Positions 31,770-43,072 of a stretch of 64,000 nucleotides of DNA are shown here, piece by piece. This DNA is from an uncultured Verrucomicrobiae bacterium (GTDB taxonomy: Bacteria; Verrucomicrobiota; Verrucomicrobiia; Chthoniobacterales; Terrimicrobiaceae), in assembly GCA_963706955.1 (NCBI GenBank), contig CAVPOC010000008.1:672001-736000 (forward strand), read 5' to 3'. The notes beneath the pieces are model-generated. The model did no database searches, was not told the origin of the DNA, and was given only the letters and a program-made list of their open reading frames with translations. A program made the position numbers and the translations under genes. Each line of letters starts with the position of its first letter. The first letter of the stretch is position 1.

Positions 31770-32648
31770 ATGCTTGAAACTATCGGAAAATTTGTCGCGC
31801 AGTATTGGCGGATTCCTGTCGAGATCGGCATTCTCGCAGCCGTCCTCTACTACATCTACATCTATCTGCGCGGCACGCATGGCGCACGCATCCTCATCGG
31901 GCTCGCGCTCCTCTTTCTTACCCTGACCTTTCTTTCTCAGCTCTTCAACCTGGCTGTTATAGGCTGGATTCTGCGCAGCCTCTCCGTCTTTCTTGCCATC
32001 GCCTTAGTGGTGATTTTTCAGCCGGAGCTTCGCAGAGCGTTGACTGATCTCGGCAGCCATCCGTTCTTCACTTCCGCCTTCGAAAAGCGAGAGACGATTG
32101 AAGAACTCACGGATACCGCGTTCGAAATCTCCAGCAAAGGTTTTGGCGCGCTGATCGCCGTCGAGCGTGAAATCGCCTTGAAGCCTTTTATCGAGACCGG
32201 CGTGATGCTCGATGCCGTTTACTCAAAAGAGCTCGCGCTAACCATCTTCCATCCAAAAACCGTTCTGCACGATGGAGGACTGATCGTTCACAATGATCGT
32301 ATGGTCGCCGCTGCCTGTATTTTCCCCCTCACCCAGCGTGAAGATCTCGATCGCAATCTCGGCCTGCGTCACAGGGCAGCCCTGGGCTTATCGGAGGAAT
32401 CAGATGCCGTCGCCATCGTCGTTTCTGAGGAGACAGGCCAAGTTTCGATTTGCCACAATGGCATTCTTGAACGCAATCTGAGTGTCGACAAATTCCGGCG
32501 GCGCCTGAGCCAGCTTCTTCTTCATCATGAGCCTCATCAAAGAGATACTGACGAACGACTGGAGACCGAAGGTCACCTGCCTGATTCTCGCCTGCGCCCT
32601 GTGGTATCTCATCAGCAAGAACGTGGACAAAAATCCGCCGCAGTTTGA
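31770..32648 (+). CDS. dacA: membrane diadenylate cyclase (CdaA/DacA)
   Basis: Three N-terminal TM segments, IFQPELRRAL, GALI, LHDGG and GLRHRAALG. Upstream of glmM. Confidence 0.95.
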   Translation: MLETIGKFVAQYWRIPVEIGILAAVLYYIYIYLRGTHGARILIGLALLFLTLTFLSQLFNLAVIGWILRSLSVFLAIALVVIFQPELRRALTDLGSHPFFTSAFEKRETIEELTDTAFEISSKGFGALIAVEREIALKPFIETGVMLDAVYSKELALTIFHPKTVLHDGGLIVHNDRMVAAACIFPLTQREDLDRNLGLRHRAALGLSEESDAVAIVVSEETGQVSICHNGILERNLSVDKFRRRLSQLLLHHEPHQRDTDERLETEGHLPDSRLRPVVSHQQERGQKSAAV

Positions 32649-32691
32649 GCAAGGAGCGCCTCCTTCGAGGCTCTCAAAACCAAAAACATGA
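32527..32691 (+). CDS. 54-aa CdaR-like membrane microprotein (TM anchor only)
   Basis: Manual translation: MSLIKEILTNDWRPKVTCLILACALWYLISKNVDKNPPQFEQGAPPSRLSKPKT. It occupies the cdaR position and has an ATGA overlap with glmM. Confidence 0.72.
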   Translation: MSLIKEILTNDWRPKVTCLILACALWYLISKNVDKNPPQFEQGAPPSRLSKPKT

Positions 32692-34070
32692 GTTCCCAGA
32701 GAAGGCTCTTCGGCACAGATGGTGTTCGGGGTATCGCCAATATCGAACCAGTCACCTCCGAAACCGCCTTGAAATTGGGGCGCGCTGCCGCGCATGTCTT
32801 TGGAACCGCCGGCGGCAACTCGCACCACTCGGCAGACCGGCGTAAAATCGTCATCGGGAAAGACACCCGGCTCTCCGGCTATATGCTTGAGAACGCCATG
32901 GTCGCCGGGATCACTTCACTCGGAGTGGACGTCCTCATCATTGGGCCCCTGCCGACTCCAGGAATTGCCTACATCACACGCTCGCTCCGCGCCGATGCGG
33001 GCATCGTCCTTTCCGCCTCTCACAATCCCTATGAGGATAATGGCATCAAGTTCTTCCGCCATGATGGCTACAAGCTCGATGACGATGTCGAGAAGCGCAT
33101 CGAAGACATCGTCTTCAGCGGTGAGATCGAGAACATTCGTCCAACGGCCACAAGGATCGGGAAGGCCTTCCGCATCGACGATGCCCTCGGCCGCTACGTC
33201 GAGTTTGCCAAGCAAAGCTTCCCACGTGGCTTTACTCTGGATGCCCTGCGCATCGCGGTGGACTGCGCAAATGGCGCCGCCTACAAATCCACTCCCTGCA
33301 TCTTGCGCGAGCTGGGCGCGGACCTTCAGGTCGTCAACAACGTTCCGAACGGGACGAATATCAACGCGAACTGCGGGAGCACTTATCCGGCGGAGATTCA
33401 AAGGGCCGTCAAGGAAACCCAGGCCGACATCGGTATCACCCATGATGGGGATGCCGACCGGGTGCTGCTTTGCGACGAGCGCGGTGAATTGGTCGATGGC
33501 GACGAAATCATGGCGATCGCCGCATTGGATCTCCTCAAAAAGGGTCGCCTGGCCGCGAATACCCTCGTCGCCACCGTCATGAGCAATTTCGGTCTCGATG
33601 AGACCCTCGCCTCAGCGTCGGGAAAGGTCCTCCGCACCAAGGTCGGCGACCGCTACGTCATCGAGACGATGTTGCGAGAAGGATTGAATGTGGGTGGTGA
33701 ACAAAGCGGCCACATGATCTTCCGGGACTATGCCACCACCGGTGACGGAATCGTCAGCGCCTTGCAAATCTTGCGCATCATGATCGAAACCGGCCGCCCA
33801 TTGAGCGAACTCAAGAAGGTCCTGAGAAAGTATCCTCAAGCGCAGCGAAACCTCAAGGTCCGCGAAAAACCTGCTCTCGAGACGCTCGGACCGGTGCAGC
33901 GGCTTCTCCGGGAAACTGAGCAAACTCTCGACGGCAAGGGACGCGTCCTCTTGCGCTATTCTGGAACTGAACCAAAAATCCGTCTCCTGGTGGAGGGACG
34001 CGACGAATCGCTCATCAACGGTCACGCCGACCGCATCGCGTCCGCGATTCAGGAATCGATCGGCGCCTGA
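32688..34070 (+). CDS. glmM: phosphoglucosamine mutase
   Basis: FGTDGVRG, GKDTRLSG, SASHNP, DGDADR, GGEQSGH and RYSGTEP motifs. Confidence 0.98.
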   Translation: MSSQRRLFGTDGVRGIANIEPVTSETALKLGRAAAHVFGTAGGNSHHSADRRKIVIGKDTRLSGYMLENAMVAGITSLGVDVLIIGPLPTPGIAYITRSLRADAGIVLSASHNPYEDNGIKFFRHDGYKLDDDVEKRIEDIVFSGEIENIRPTATRIGKAFRIDDALGRYVEFAKQSFPRGFTLDALRIAVDCANGAAYKSTPCILRELGADLQVVNNVPNGTNINANCGSTYPAEIQRAVKETQADIGITHDGDADRVLLCDERGELVDGDEIMAIAALDLLKKGRLAANTLVATVMSNFGLDETLASASGKVLRTKVGDRYVIETMLREGLNVGGEQSGHMIFRDYATTGDGIVSALQILRIMIETGRPLSELKKVLRKYPQAQRNLKVREKPALETLGPVQRLLRETEQTLDGKGRVLLRYSGTEPKIRLLVEGRDESLINGHADRIASAIQESIGA

Positions 34071-34163
34071 CCGGAGCGCCGGCCGAATCAACAGGCGCTT
34101 GGCACCAGCGTCGCTACACAGTTTCCGAGTTTATCGTAGCGGGAACGTATAGCTTGATTCGCC

Positions 34164-36386
34164 TCAAAGCTCTGTCGCAGTCTGCTGAGCAGGCGGCACC
34201 AGCTTGAATGCCGAAACGGACAACGGCGGCAGATCGATAACTATGGAATATGGCCTATCTTGCCACTGCCAGTGTTCTGCGTAGCGTCCGCCCCAATTTC
34301 CGAGATTGCTGCCGCCGTAGGTCGCGGCATCGGTATTGAGAATTTCCTCGTAGAATCCTGGGGCGCTTACCCCGACGCGGTAGCCACCGCGAGGAATTGG
34401 CGTTGCATTGACGATAACGACGACCGTCTGCTCGCGCCCCTTGCGCATGAATGACCAGACGCTATTATCGGCGTCGTTGAAATCGATCCATTCGAACCCT
34501 TCGTAGCTAGCATCGAGTTCGTAAAAGGCTGGTTCGTTCGCATAAAGCCAGTTGAGATGCTGAACCAGGCGGCGCAGCCCGTCGTGCATCGGACTCAGCG
34601 TCAGATGCCAATCCAGACTCTGCGCGTGATTCCACTCTTTCCATTGGCCGAATTCTATGCCTTGGAAGATCAGTTTCTTTCCCGGGTGCGCCCACATCCA
34701 GGCGAGGAACATGCGGACATTGGCAAACTTCTGCCAGGCGTCGCCAGGCATCTTCTCGAGCAATGAACCCTTGCCATGGACAACCTCGTCATGACTAAGC
34801 ACCAGGACAAAGTGTTCCTGAAAAGCATAGACCATCGAAAAGGTGATCATGCCCTGATGATAGCGCCGATAGATCGGCTCTTTGCTAATGTATCGAAGAC
34901 TGTCGTTCATCCACCCCATGTTCCACTTGAAGCCAAACCCGAGCCCTCCCGTGTAGGTCGGCCGTGAAACTCCTGGCCACGACGTCGATTCCTCAGCGAT
35001 GGTGGAGATGCCGGGGAAGCGCTCATAGCAGACTTCGTTGCAGCGCTTCATGAAAGCGATCGCATCAAGATTCTCACGACCGCCAAATATATTAGGCACC
35101 CATTCTCCCGGTTTGCGTGAGTAATCGAGGTAGAGCATGGAGGCGACGGCATCCACACGAAGCCCGTCGATGTGGTATTCGTCCAACCAGAAGAGCGCAT
35201 TGCCGATGAGGAAGTTTTTCACCTCGTTGCGGCCGTAGTTGAAGATCAGGGTTCCCCAGTCCATATGTTCGCCAAGGCGGGGGTCCTCATGCTCATAGAG
35301 GCAGGTCCCATCGTATCGCGCCAAGCCGTGAGCATCCTTGGGAAAATGCCCGGGCACCCAGTCCAGAATTACGCCAATACCCTCCTGATGGCAGCGATCG
35401 ACGAAATTGCGGAACTCATCCGGATTTCCGTGCCGGCTGGTCGGGGCATAGAAGTTGACGACTTGATAGCCCCAGGAGCCATCAAAGGGATGTTCCATCA
35501 CGGGCAGCAACTCGATGTGCGTGAAGCCCAGTTCCTTTACATAAGGGATGAGACGATCACCAAGTTCGATGTAGCTGAGGTAGCGATTCCCTTCCTCCGG
35601 ATTTCGCTGCCATGAGCCGAGATGCACCTCATAGATGCTCATGGGCGAGTTGTATTGATCGTGGTGCTTCCGCCGCTCCATCCAGGTTGAGTCGTTCCAA
35701 TGGTAGCGATCGATGTCGAAGACCATGCAGCCGGTTTGCGTGCCATGCTGCGCAAACAATGCAAACGGGTCGGTCTTAAGCATGACGTCCCCATGCGGAC
35801 CACGAACCTCGATCTTGTAATGTGCCCCCTCCTTCACATGCGGAATGAAGATTTCCCAGATTCCGGAAGGAATCATCTTCCGCATCGCATGAACACGCCC
35901 ATCCCAATGGTTAAAGTCACCGACCACCGAGACTCGTTGGGCATTCGGCGCCCAGACGGCGAAATGGGTCCCAGAGACCCCGCCGATCTCCATCATGTGG
36001 GCGCCCAGCTTCTTGTAGATCTGGTAGTGGGTGCCCTCATTGAAGAGGTAAATGTCCATCTCTCCGAGCACGGGTCCAAAAGAGTAGGCATCCTTCTCGA
36101 TCCAGGTCTCGCCGAGATGGCTTTTCATCTCGAGCACGTAGTCGAAGGGTTGGTCGGCCCCACGCAAAACCCCTTCAAAGAGGCCCTCAGCATGAACCCT
36201 GTTCAGCGGAAAGCGACGGTCATCATCGGAGGCATCAACGACCGCCACCTCGGCGGCGTCCGGACGCAATACCCGAGCGAACTGGCTACCTTGAAATTCT
36301 CGGACCCCCAAAAGCTTGAATGGATCGAAATGCCTCGCTTCGATCAGGGGATAAAAGTCATCGTCGGAAAGCGCGGAGGGATTCAC
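34164..36386 (-). CDS. glgB: 1,4-alpha-glucan branching enzyme
   Basis: FAVWAPNA, YEVHLGSW, SWGYQ, DWVPGHF, RVDAVASM, AEES and LSHDEVVHGK motifs. Confidence 0.98.
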   Translation of the reverse strand: MNPSALSDDDFYPLIEARHFDPFKLLGVREFQGSQFARVLRPDAAEVAVVDASDDDRRFPLNRVHAEGLFEGVLRGADQPFDYVLEMKSHLGETWIEKDAYSFGPVLGEMDIYLFNEGTHYQIYKKLGAHMMEIGGVSGTHFAVWAPNAQRVSVVGDFNHWDGRVHAMRKMIPSGIWEIFIPHVKEGAHYKIEVRGPHGDVMLKTDPFALFAQHGTQTGCMVFDIDRYHWNDSTWMERRKHHDQYNSPMSIYEVHLGSWQRNPEEGNRYLSYIELGDRLIPYVKELGFTHIELLPVMEHPFDGSWGYQVVNFYAPTSRHGNPDEFRNFVDRCHQEGIGVILDWVPGHFPKDAHGLARYDGTCLYEHEDPRLGEHMDWGTLIFNYGRNEVKNFLIGNALFWLDEYHIDGLRVDAVASMLYLDYSRKPGEWVPNIFGGRENLDAIAFMKRCNEVCYERFPGISTIAEESTSWPGVSRPTYTGGLGFGFKWNMGWMNDSLRYISKEPIYRRYHQGMITFSMVYAFQEHFVLVLSHDEVVHGKGSLLEKMPGDAWQKFANVRMFLAWMWAHPGKKLIFQGIEFGQWKEWNHAQSLDWHLTLSPMHDGLRRLVQHLNWLYANEPAFYELDASYEGFEWIDFNDADNSVWSFMRKGREQTVVVIVNATPIPRGGYRVGVSAPGFYEEILNTDAATYGGSNLGNWGGRYAEHWQWQDRPYSIVIDLPPLSVSAFKLVPPAQQTATEL

Positions 36387-36392
36387 AAATCC

Positions 36393-36398
36393 AGTCTA
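36393..36398 (-). promoter_or_regulatory. putative -10 hexamer (TAGACT) of a leaderless glgB transcript
   Basis: TAGACT lies 6 nt upstream of the GTG at 36386. Confidence 0.45.
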
Positions 36399-36467
36399 GC
36401 GCCCAGGAGACCAAACTCCAAGACGAAAACGAAAATTCCTAGCCGACAGACGCCCCGATTGGGCGCG

Positions 36468-37598
36468 CTAGCGTTCGTCGATCGGGACAAACTTCTTTCC
36501 CACGGGCGGCCCGACGTAGGCGCTCAGCGGACGATAGAGCCGGTTGTCGGCGAGTTGTTCGAGCACGTGAGCAGTCCATCCGCTGGTTCTCGCGATGGCA
36601 AAGATCGGAGTAAACATGTCCGTGGGAATGCCAAGCGAATAATAGACGGTGGCCGAGTAGAAATCGACGTTGGCATTGAGACCCTTTTTCTGCTTCATGA
36701 TCTCGGCGATTCGTTCGCTCATCCGGATCCATTTAGGTTCACCAAGTTCATCACTCAGTTTCGCAGCCATGGAGCGCAGATGCGGAGCCCGAGGATCCAA
36801 GACTTTGTAAACGCGGTGACCAATGCCCATGATCTTCTTCTTCTGCGCAAGCTGTTCTTCGATCCACGCATCCACCTTGTTCTCGCTGCCGATCTCGAGC
36901 AACATATGGATGACACCCTCATTCGCGCCGCCGTGAAGGGGGCCCTTGAGCGTTCCGATTGCGGAAGTGATCGCCGAATAGATATCGCTGAGAGTGGCGA
37001 TGGTCACGCGGGCACTGAACGTCGAGGCATTCATGCCATGGTCGGCGTGCAACACGTAGGCCACATCAAGCGTTTTTTCCGCCTCCGGTGAGGGCTCGGT
37101 CCCATTCAGCAGGTAGAGAAAATGCGCCGCCTCGCCGAGGTCGTCCCGAACCTTGGGGAGCTCTAATCCCTGTCTCGCGCGGTGAAAGTAGGCGGCAATA
37201 ACTCCGATCTTGGCGGTGATGCTGATGGCACGGCGATGGTCCGCGTCCTGCCGAGAATCTTCATCGCTTAGGCCGCTATCATAGAGCCCAAGCATGGAAA
37301 CGGCCGTGCGCATCACGTCCATGGGGTTGGCGTCGTGAGGAGTCGACTTGATAAAATCCACGACGCCGCGGGGAAGCTCACGCTCATTCCTTAACTTTGC
37401 TTTCAGCTCGTCTAATTCGGCGCGGTTGGGCAGCGCACCATGCCAAAGCAGGTAAACGATCTCCTCGTAGGTGGCCTTGCCGGCGAGTTCGTTAATATCG
37501 TAGCCGGCATAAATGAGAACTCCCTCTTTCCCGAGCACATCGCTCAAACTGGTTGAATTGGCGATGATTCCTTCAAGTCCTTTGGCGATAACGGGCAT
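36468..37598 (-). CDS. gltA: citrate synthase
   Basis: KGLEG, HADHGMNAST, GPLHGGAN, GIGHRVYK and NVDFYS motifs. Confidence 0.93.
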   Translation of the reverse strand: MPVIAKGLEGIIANSTSLSDVLGKEGVLIYAGYDINELAGKATYEEIVYLLWHGALPNRAELDELKAKLRNERELPRGVVDFIKSTPHDANPMDVMRTAVSMLGLYDSGLSDEDSRQDADHRRAISITAKIGVIAAYFHRARQGLELPKVRDDLGEAAHFLYLLNGTEPSPEAEKTLDVAYVLHADHGMNASTFSARVTIATLSDIYSAITSAIGTLKGPLHGGANEGVIHMLLEIGSENKVDAWIEEQLAQKKKIMGIGHRVYKVLDPRAPHLRSMAAKLSDELGEPKWIRMSERIAEIMKQKKGLNANVDFYSATVYYSLGIPTDMFTPIFAIARTSGWTAHVLEQLADNRLYRPLSAYVGPPVGKKFVPIDER

Positions 37599-37757
37599 AA
37601 GTTAAAACGGGTTGCCTGAGACTATGATGCCCCAATTGCCTTCGCCAATCAAAACCTGTCGTCGCCCGCGCAAAAAAAGGCGAAACCGAAACTGCTCGTC
37701 GAGACAAGGCGATACCTGCTCGCCTCGAGCTGATTCGTTTGCCGGAGAGAATACGAA

Positions 37758-37785
37758 CGCCCGCCAAGAGTGAACCTGGCGGGCG
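37758..37785 (-). terminator. hairpin downstream of sucD
   Basis: CGCCCGCCA-N10-TGGCGGGCG, followed on the minus strand by TTCGTATTCT. Confidence 0.55.
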
Positions 37786-37812
37786 ATCCTTGCGGGGAGG
37801 GAAACTCGAACT

Positions 37813-38707
37813 CTATCCCAGTCGCGATATCAACGTATCCGCCATGTCGGCAGGAGTGGGAGCAACCGCAATACCGGCATCTTTCAGGGCAGCTATTTTC
37901 GCTGCGGCGGTGCCTTTGCCGCCGCTGACGATGGCGCCGGCATGACCCATGCGGCGTCCGGGGGGCGCGGTTGCGCCTGCAATGAAAGCGGCGATCGGTT
38001 TTTTGCAATTATCTTTTACCCACGCGGCCGCTTCCTCTTCGGCCGTCCCGCCGATCTCACCAATCATGATGATGGCTTCGGTATCCGGATCCTCGTTGAA
38101 CATCTTGAGAACATCCATGATGGGAAGTGCCGTTAACCGGATCGCCACCGATTCCGACGCAGGTGCTTTGCCCATAGCCGCGGGTGGTCAACTGCCAAAC
38201 GGCCTCGTAAGTCAACGTGCCCGAGCGCGAGACCACACCAACGTTGCCTTTCTTGTGGATGTAGCCCGGCGCAATCCCGATCCGACAGCCACCGTGAGAA
38301 TTCGGGCCCTCGCCGGGGGTGACAACTCCCGGACAGTTCGGTCCGATCAGACGCGTTTTCGAATCGCGCATGGCATCTTTCACCTTGACCATGTCATTGA
38401 CGGGAATCCCTTCGGTGATGCAAACAACCAAATCGAGACCTGCTTCCACGCCCTCGAGGATTGCGTCTGCGGCAAAAGGGGGCGGAACAAAAATAACCGA
38501 GACCGTTGCGCCCGTGTCCTTCACGGCCTGCCCAATGGTATCGAAAATCGGGACGTAATCCGCAAAAAGCTGGCCGCCTTTGCCCGGGGTGACACCGGCC
38601 ACGATATTGGTTCCGTAATCAAGGCTTAGCTGCGCGTGCCGGGCGCCAAAACTTCCGGTGATGCCCTGCACGACAATGCTGGTTTGGGGAGTGACAAGAA
38701 TAGCCAT
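37813..38707 (-). CDS. sucD: succinyl-CoA ligase alpha subunit, with an apparent +1 frameshift near 38119
   Basis: [21 protein letters not shown] and GIGGDP in one frame. DVLKMF, GEIGG and RMGHAGA follow in the +1 frame. Restored length is 297 aa. Confidence 0.95.
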
Positions 38708-38815
38708 AATCAGGAAGACAATTTGCGTTGGTGGATCGTGAACGAGTCGCCACCGGGCCACGCCTGGGCACGATCCACGCCCGGGACGCCAATGGACGTG
38801 TTCTCAGGGATCATC

Positions 38816-40006
38816 TCAGGCGTTCTTCTTGACGGCCGCGACAACTTTCTGCGCAGCATCAAGAATATTTTCGGCGGTGATCAGCGTGAGGCCGCTTTCG
38901 GCCAGCGTCTTTTTCCCGGCTTCGACGTTGTTGCCCTCCAGCCGAACGACCAGAGGAATGCCCAGGTGGGTCTCGCGCGCGGCGTCCACGATGCCATGGG
39001 CGATGACGTTACAATCCATGATGCCACCGAAAATATTCACCAGAATGCCTTCGACGTTCTTGTCGGTGAGGATAATTCGAAAGGCGGCGGCGACCTGTTC
39101 TTTGCTGGCTCCGCCCCCTACATCCAGGAAGTTAGCCGGTTTGCCGCCCGCATACTGAATGATGTCCATGGTGGCCATGGCCAGACCGGCGCCGTTCACC
39201 AGGCAGGCGATATTTCCATCTAGTCCAATGTAGTTAAGGCCGTGCTCGGAAGCCGCTACTTCACGCGGATCTTCCTCGGTCACGTCTCGCATCGCCACAA
39301 TCTCGGGCTGACGGAAGAGCGCGTTGTCGTCGAAATTGAACTTGGCGTCGAGCGCGAGCAACTCACCTTTGGCGGTCACCACCAGCGGATTGATTTCCAC
39401 CATCGAACAATCCCTCTGGATGAAAAGCTTGTAGAGATTGGCAAAGAGCTTCGAGGCCTGGTTCATCAATTTGCCCGTCAAGCCCAGTGCCGCCGCGATC
39501 TTGCGCGTCTGGTAAGGCATTAGCCCCAGCGCCGGATTCACGTTTATGCGGATAATTTTTTCCGGGGTCTTCTCCGCAACCGATTCGATGTCCACTCCGC
39601 CTTCGGTGCTGGCGATGACGATGGGCGCCGAGGTGGCCCGATCAAGGAGGATGGCAATGTATAGCTCTTTGGCGATGTCGACGGCTTCGCCGACAAAAAC
39701 CTTCCCGACTTCTCTGCCTTCCGGCCCTGTCTGATGGGTAACCAGGACCTTCCCAAGCATCTTTGCGGCGAGGTCGTGCGCCTGCAAGGGGGTATCGCAG
39801 AGGTGCACGCCCCCTTTAAAACCAGTCGTGAAGGTTCCCTTGCCACGTCCTCCTGCATGAATCTGGGCTTTCACCACCAGCTTGCCCCCGCCCAAGCTTG
39901 AAGCGACTCGTTCCGCCTCCTCGGGCGTGGATGCGACGCCTCCAGGCTGAGTGGCGACCGCAAACTTACCGAAAAGCTCCCTGGCTTGGTATTCGTGAAT
40001 GTTCAT
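38816..40006 (-). CDS. sucC: succinyl-CoA ligase beta subunit
   Basis: [30 protein letters not shown] and NIFGGI motifs. Confidence 0.98.
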   Translation of the reverse strand: MNIHEYQARELFGKFAVATQPGGVASTPEEAERVASSLGGGKLVVKAQIHAGGRGKGTFTTGFKGGVHLCDTPLQAHDLAAKMLGKVLVTHQTGPEGREVGKVFVGEAVDIAKELYIAILLDRATSAPIVIASTEGGVDIESVAEKTPEKIIRINVNPALGLMPYQTRKIAAALGLTGKLMNQASKLFANLYKLFIQRDCSMVEINPLVVTAKGELLALDAKFNFDDNALFRQPEIVAMRDVTEEDPREVAASEHGLNYIGLDGNIACLVNGAGLAMATMDIIQYAGGKPANFLDVGGGASKEQVAAAFRIILTDKNVEGILVNIFGGIMDCNVIAHGIVDAARETHLGIPLVVRLEGNNVEAGKKTLAESGLTLITAENILDAAQKVVAAVKKNA

Positions 40007-40039
40007 CGGGAAAAAGAGAGGTGGATGGTTATTAGCGGC

Positions 40040-43007
40040 TTAGGGTTGACTTGCCAACGGAATATTGTTTTTTTTGCACCATTCAATGGCCGTGCGATTG
40101 CCGCCCTGAGCAGCGCGGATATACCAGGTGCGAGCCGCTTTCCGATCCTTTTCCACTCCTACGCCCCCTTCGAAACACATCGCGTAGAAAAACATACATA
40201 AGGGGTTCCCCTTCTCTGCCCCATCCTGAAAAAGCGCGAATGCCTTGCTCTCATCTTTGGAAACTCCCTGGCCGTAAATGTAGAGCACACCAAGATTGCC
40301 TTGCGCATCGAGAAAACCGAGTTCTTGTGACCGGGAGAACAGCTTTACGGATTCGCTAAAATTCGGTTCGATTACGCCCGGCACACCCTTTCGATACACA
40401 TCGCCCAATAGATTCATCGCTCTGGGATTATTCAGAGCGGAAGCGGCCGTCAAAAGTTCAACCGCGCGCCGCGGGTCTTTTGGAACGCCTTTTCCAAACA
40501 GATGGCATTCGGCAAGGGCATACATACCTGCCGAATCTCCCTGCTCGGCAGCTTTGGAAAACCACATCGCGGCCTCGGTCAAGTCCGGAGCATGAACGCC
40601 GCGCCCGCTGGCCAGCATCTGACCAACGGTGACCATCGCTTCGGTCTGGCCATGATTTCCCGCCGCGATAAACCACTTGAGCGCATCGCCCGAATCGCTT
40701 TGCCGAAGCATTTCTCCCAGCAACATCTGCGCTGAGACGACATCCAGGACGGCAGCCTTCTCCAATGGCTCGCGCAAAGTGGCCCACTCCGAGGAGGATA
40801 GTTTCGAGGCTCGTGTGCGCAGACTTGCCGCTATCATCTCCAAGGTGTTCCGAGGCTGTTCCTCGTTGGGAAAGTTCGTGACGATATCCGTGTAGGCTGC
40901 GATGGCGCCGGCAAGGTCATCCTTGAGCCGCAACTCTTCGGCAACAGCCATAGCCTGCTCGTATGGCGAGGGCGTAGGCGCGAGCGAGGGTGTCGGAACC
41001 GGGGTGGCAACAGGGCTCGGCATTGGGGTGCTAGCCAGGAGCGGAGTAGAAGTTGCCACCGGCTCTGGCGTCGGACTGACTGCCTCAATTCGAGGCGCCT
41101 GCGCGATGCGCAATCGCTGCGCAAAGCGAAGTCCCTGCCATAAAACGATGCCACCGATGACCAAAAGAATGGCCACCACGGTCCACAGCCATCCCCATGA
41201 CATTGCCCGTGGCTTCTCGACAGGCAGCGGCGATGGTTTTGGGTCCGACGCGCGCGGGGCAGGCTGCATCGGAGTAACGACCTCCTCCGGCATACTCTCG
41301 ACAAAGGCTCGCGCACTCTCATAGTGATGGCCCGGTGTGAGAGCGCGCCTCAGAACCGCATTGCCCTGCTCAGAGAGGCCAGGTATGGGCACATATCTCG
41401 CGGAAGCTCCCTCCGCTTTGACTCCGCCAAGCATTTCATAGGCAAGCGCCGCCACAGCGTAGACATACGCCCTGGCGGGATCACTGGCGAACGCCCCCTT
41501 CGCGCGCATCAGCGCGAACGACGAGGCCACCATGGTCGCATCGGGAGATGCGGAACTCGATCCGGCCGTCGCCAGCGGCAGAAATTTCGGCTGGCACAAT
41601 CGCCATTGCGAAACGGGCTGCGCGACATCGGCACCCGGAAGAAAAACTTCATGCGCGCCGATGTCAGGACACATCAGATCGGCTGTCTTCAGCTCGTCGA
41701 ACGCATCGGCCAAGGGCAAGAGCAACAGTCGGGCCTCACTTCCGGAAAGCGCGCGTCGACTTCGAAGCAAATCGAGGAGCACCGGACCCTCCACCCATTC
41801 CAGCACCAGAAAGGTGCAGCTGCTCGTCGTTTCCAGTAGAAGAATTCGCTGGAACGCTGGGCTGTCCAAGCGCTGCAAACTGTGCACCTCCTGCTCGAGG
41901 CGCGTGAAGGTTTCCGACTTCCCGATGAGGCTGGATTCAACGATGAGAATCGCGACGGTTGTTCCATCCTCCAGACGCTCGGCCCGGAACATCCGTCCGT
42001 GATCTGATGCGGTCACCTCATCACCAAGACGATATCTGCCGGCGAGCACTGTGCCCGATGCCGTGCTCTCTTGAGGCGACTGAGAGGGCAAAGAGGACGG
42101 TGCAATCGCTGGCGAAGACTGCCGGCGGCTCTCGATCCTCAACTTCCTCAATGATCTTCTCGATCTCCTGTCGCAGCTGGGCCGGAGTTTGCAGACGATC
42201 ATCCGGATTCTTGGCCATCATCCGTCGAAGAAGATTGATAACCGAAGGTGATTGGTCGTGAAGATCGTCAAACGGAGGTTCGCGATGCAGGTGTTGACTC
42301 ATCACCTGGGCAGTCGATCCGCTGAAAGGCGTGTCGCCTTGCAACATGTACCAGAGAGTCACACCCAATGAATAGATGTCGGCCCGCACATCAGTCTCCC
42401 GTTCCTCGAGCTGCTCAGGGCTAGCAAAATGTGGGGTGCCAAGGAAGCCGCCGGCCGTGAGGGTGGCCGGATCCTCGTTTTCGGCGCGCGAGTTCTTCGC
42501 CAGGCCGAAATCAATTACTTTCACGGTGAAATCACCGCCATCCTCGCGAACGAACATGATATTCGACGGCTTGATGTCGCGATGGACCAAGCCTTGCTTC
42601 TGCGCTGCACTCAGGGCACGAGCCACCTGCGCAGCAATCCTCAGCGCCATCAAGAGGGGAACGGCGCCTTCGCGTTTGATGTAGGCCTCGACGGTCTCTC
42701 CATCGACGAATTCCATCGCATAGAAATAGTCATCGCCCTCTCTTCCGAGATGGAAAACGGTCGCGACATTTGGATGGCGGAGCGCCGCAGCAGCGCGCGC
42801 CTCGCGCAAAAACCGCTGCTGGGCAGTTTCGCTGTTCAGATAGGCTGAATTGATGACCTTGAGGGCCACGTGGCAGCGCAGATTCGTATCGAATGCCTTG
42901 TAGGTGATGCCCATGGCGCCTCGCCCCAGTTCGTGCAAGGAACCGTCCTCGCGACGCGAAAGTTCAAAATGCTGAAACCGAACCATCTCCGCCATGTCGC
43001 GCCTCAT
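40040..43007 (-). CDS. Ser/Thr kinase - pseudokinase - TM - SEL1 repeat protein, split by an apparent +1 frameshift within 42021-42202
   Basis: ORF 42021-43007 has GRGAMG, VALK, HRDIKPSN, DFG and SPE. The overlapping ORF 40040-42202 has a degenerate kinase fold, a TM segment and SEL1 repeats (A.WF.KAAEQG..., AQGNLGVLY..GQGV.KD). Confidence 0.85.
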
Positions 43008-43072
43008 CTAAGTGACCGTTGTGAAAATGACAACTCTCGGCCCTCTCCCCTTCAAGTGGAAAAAAGCGACGC

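Noticed and set aside
38745..38800. Short CCACGCC.GGG-like repeats between sucC and sucD
   Set aside because: They are too short and degenerate, with no CRISPR-like spacing.
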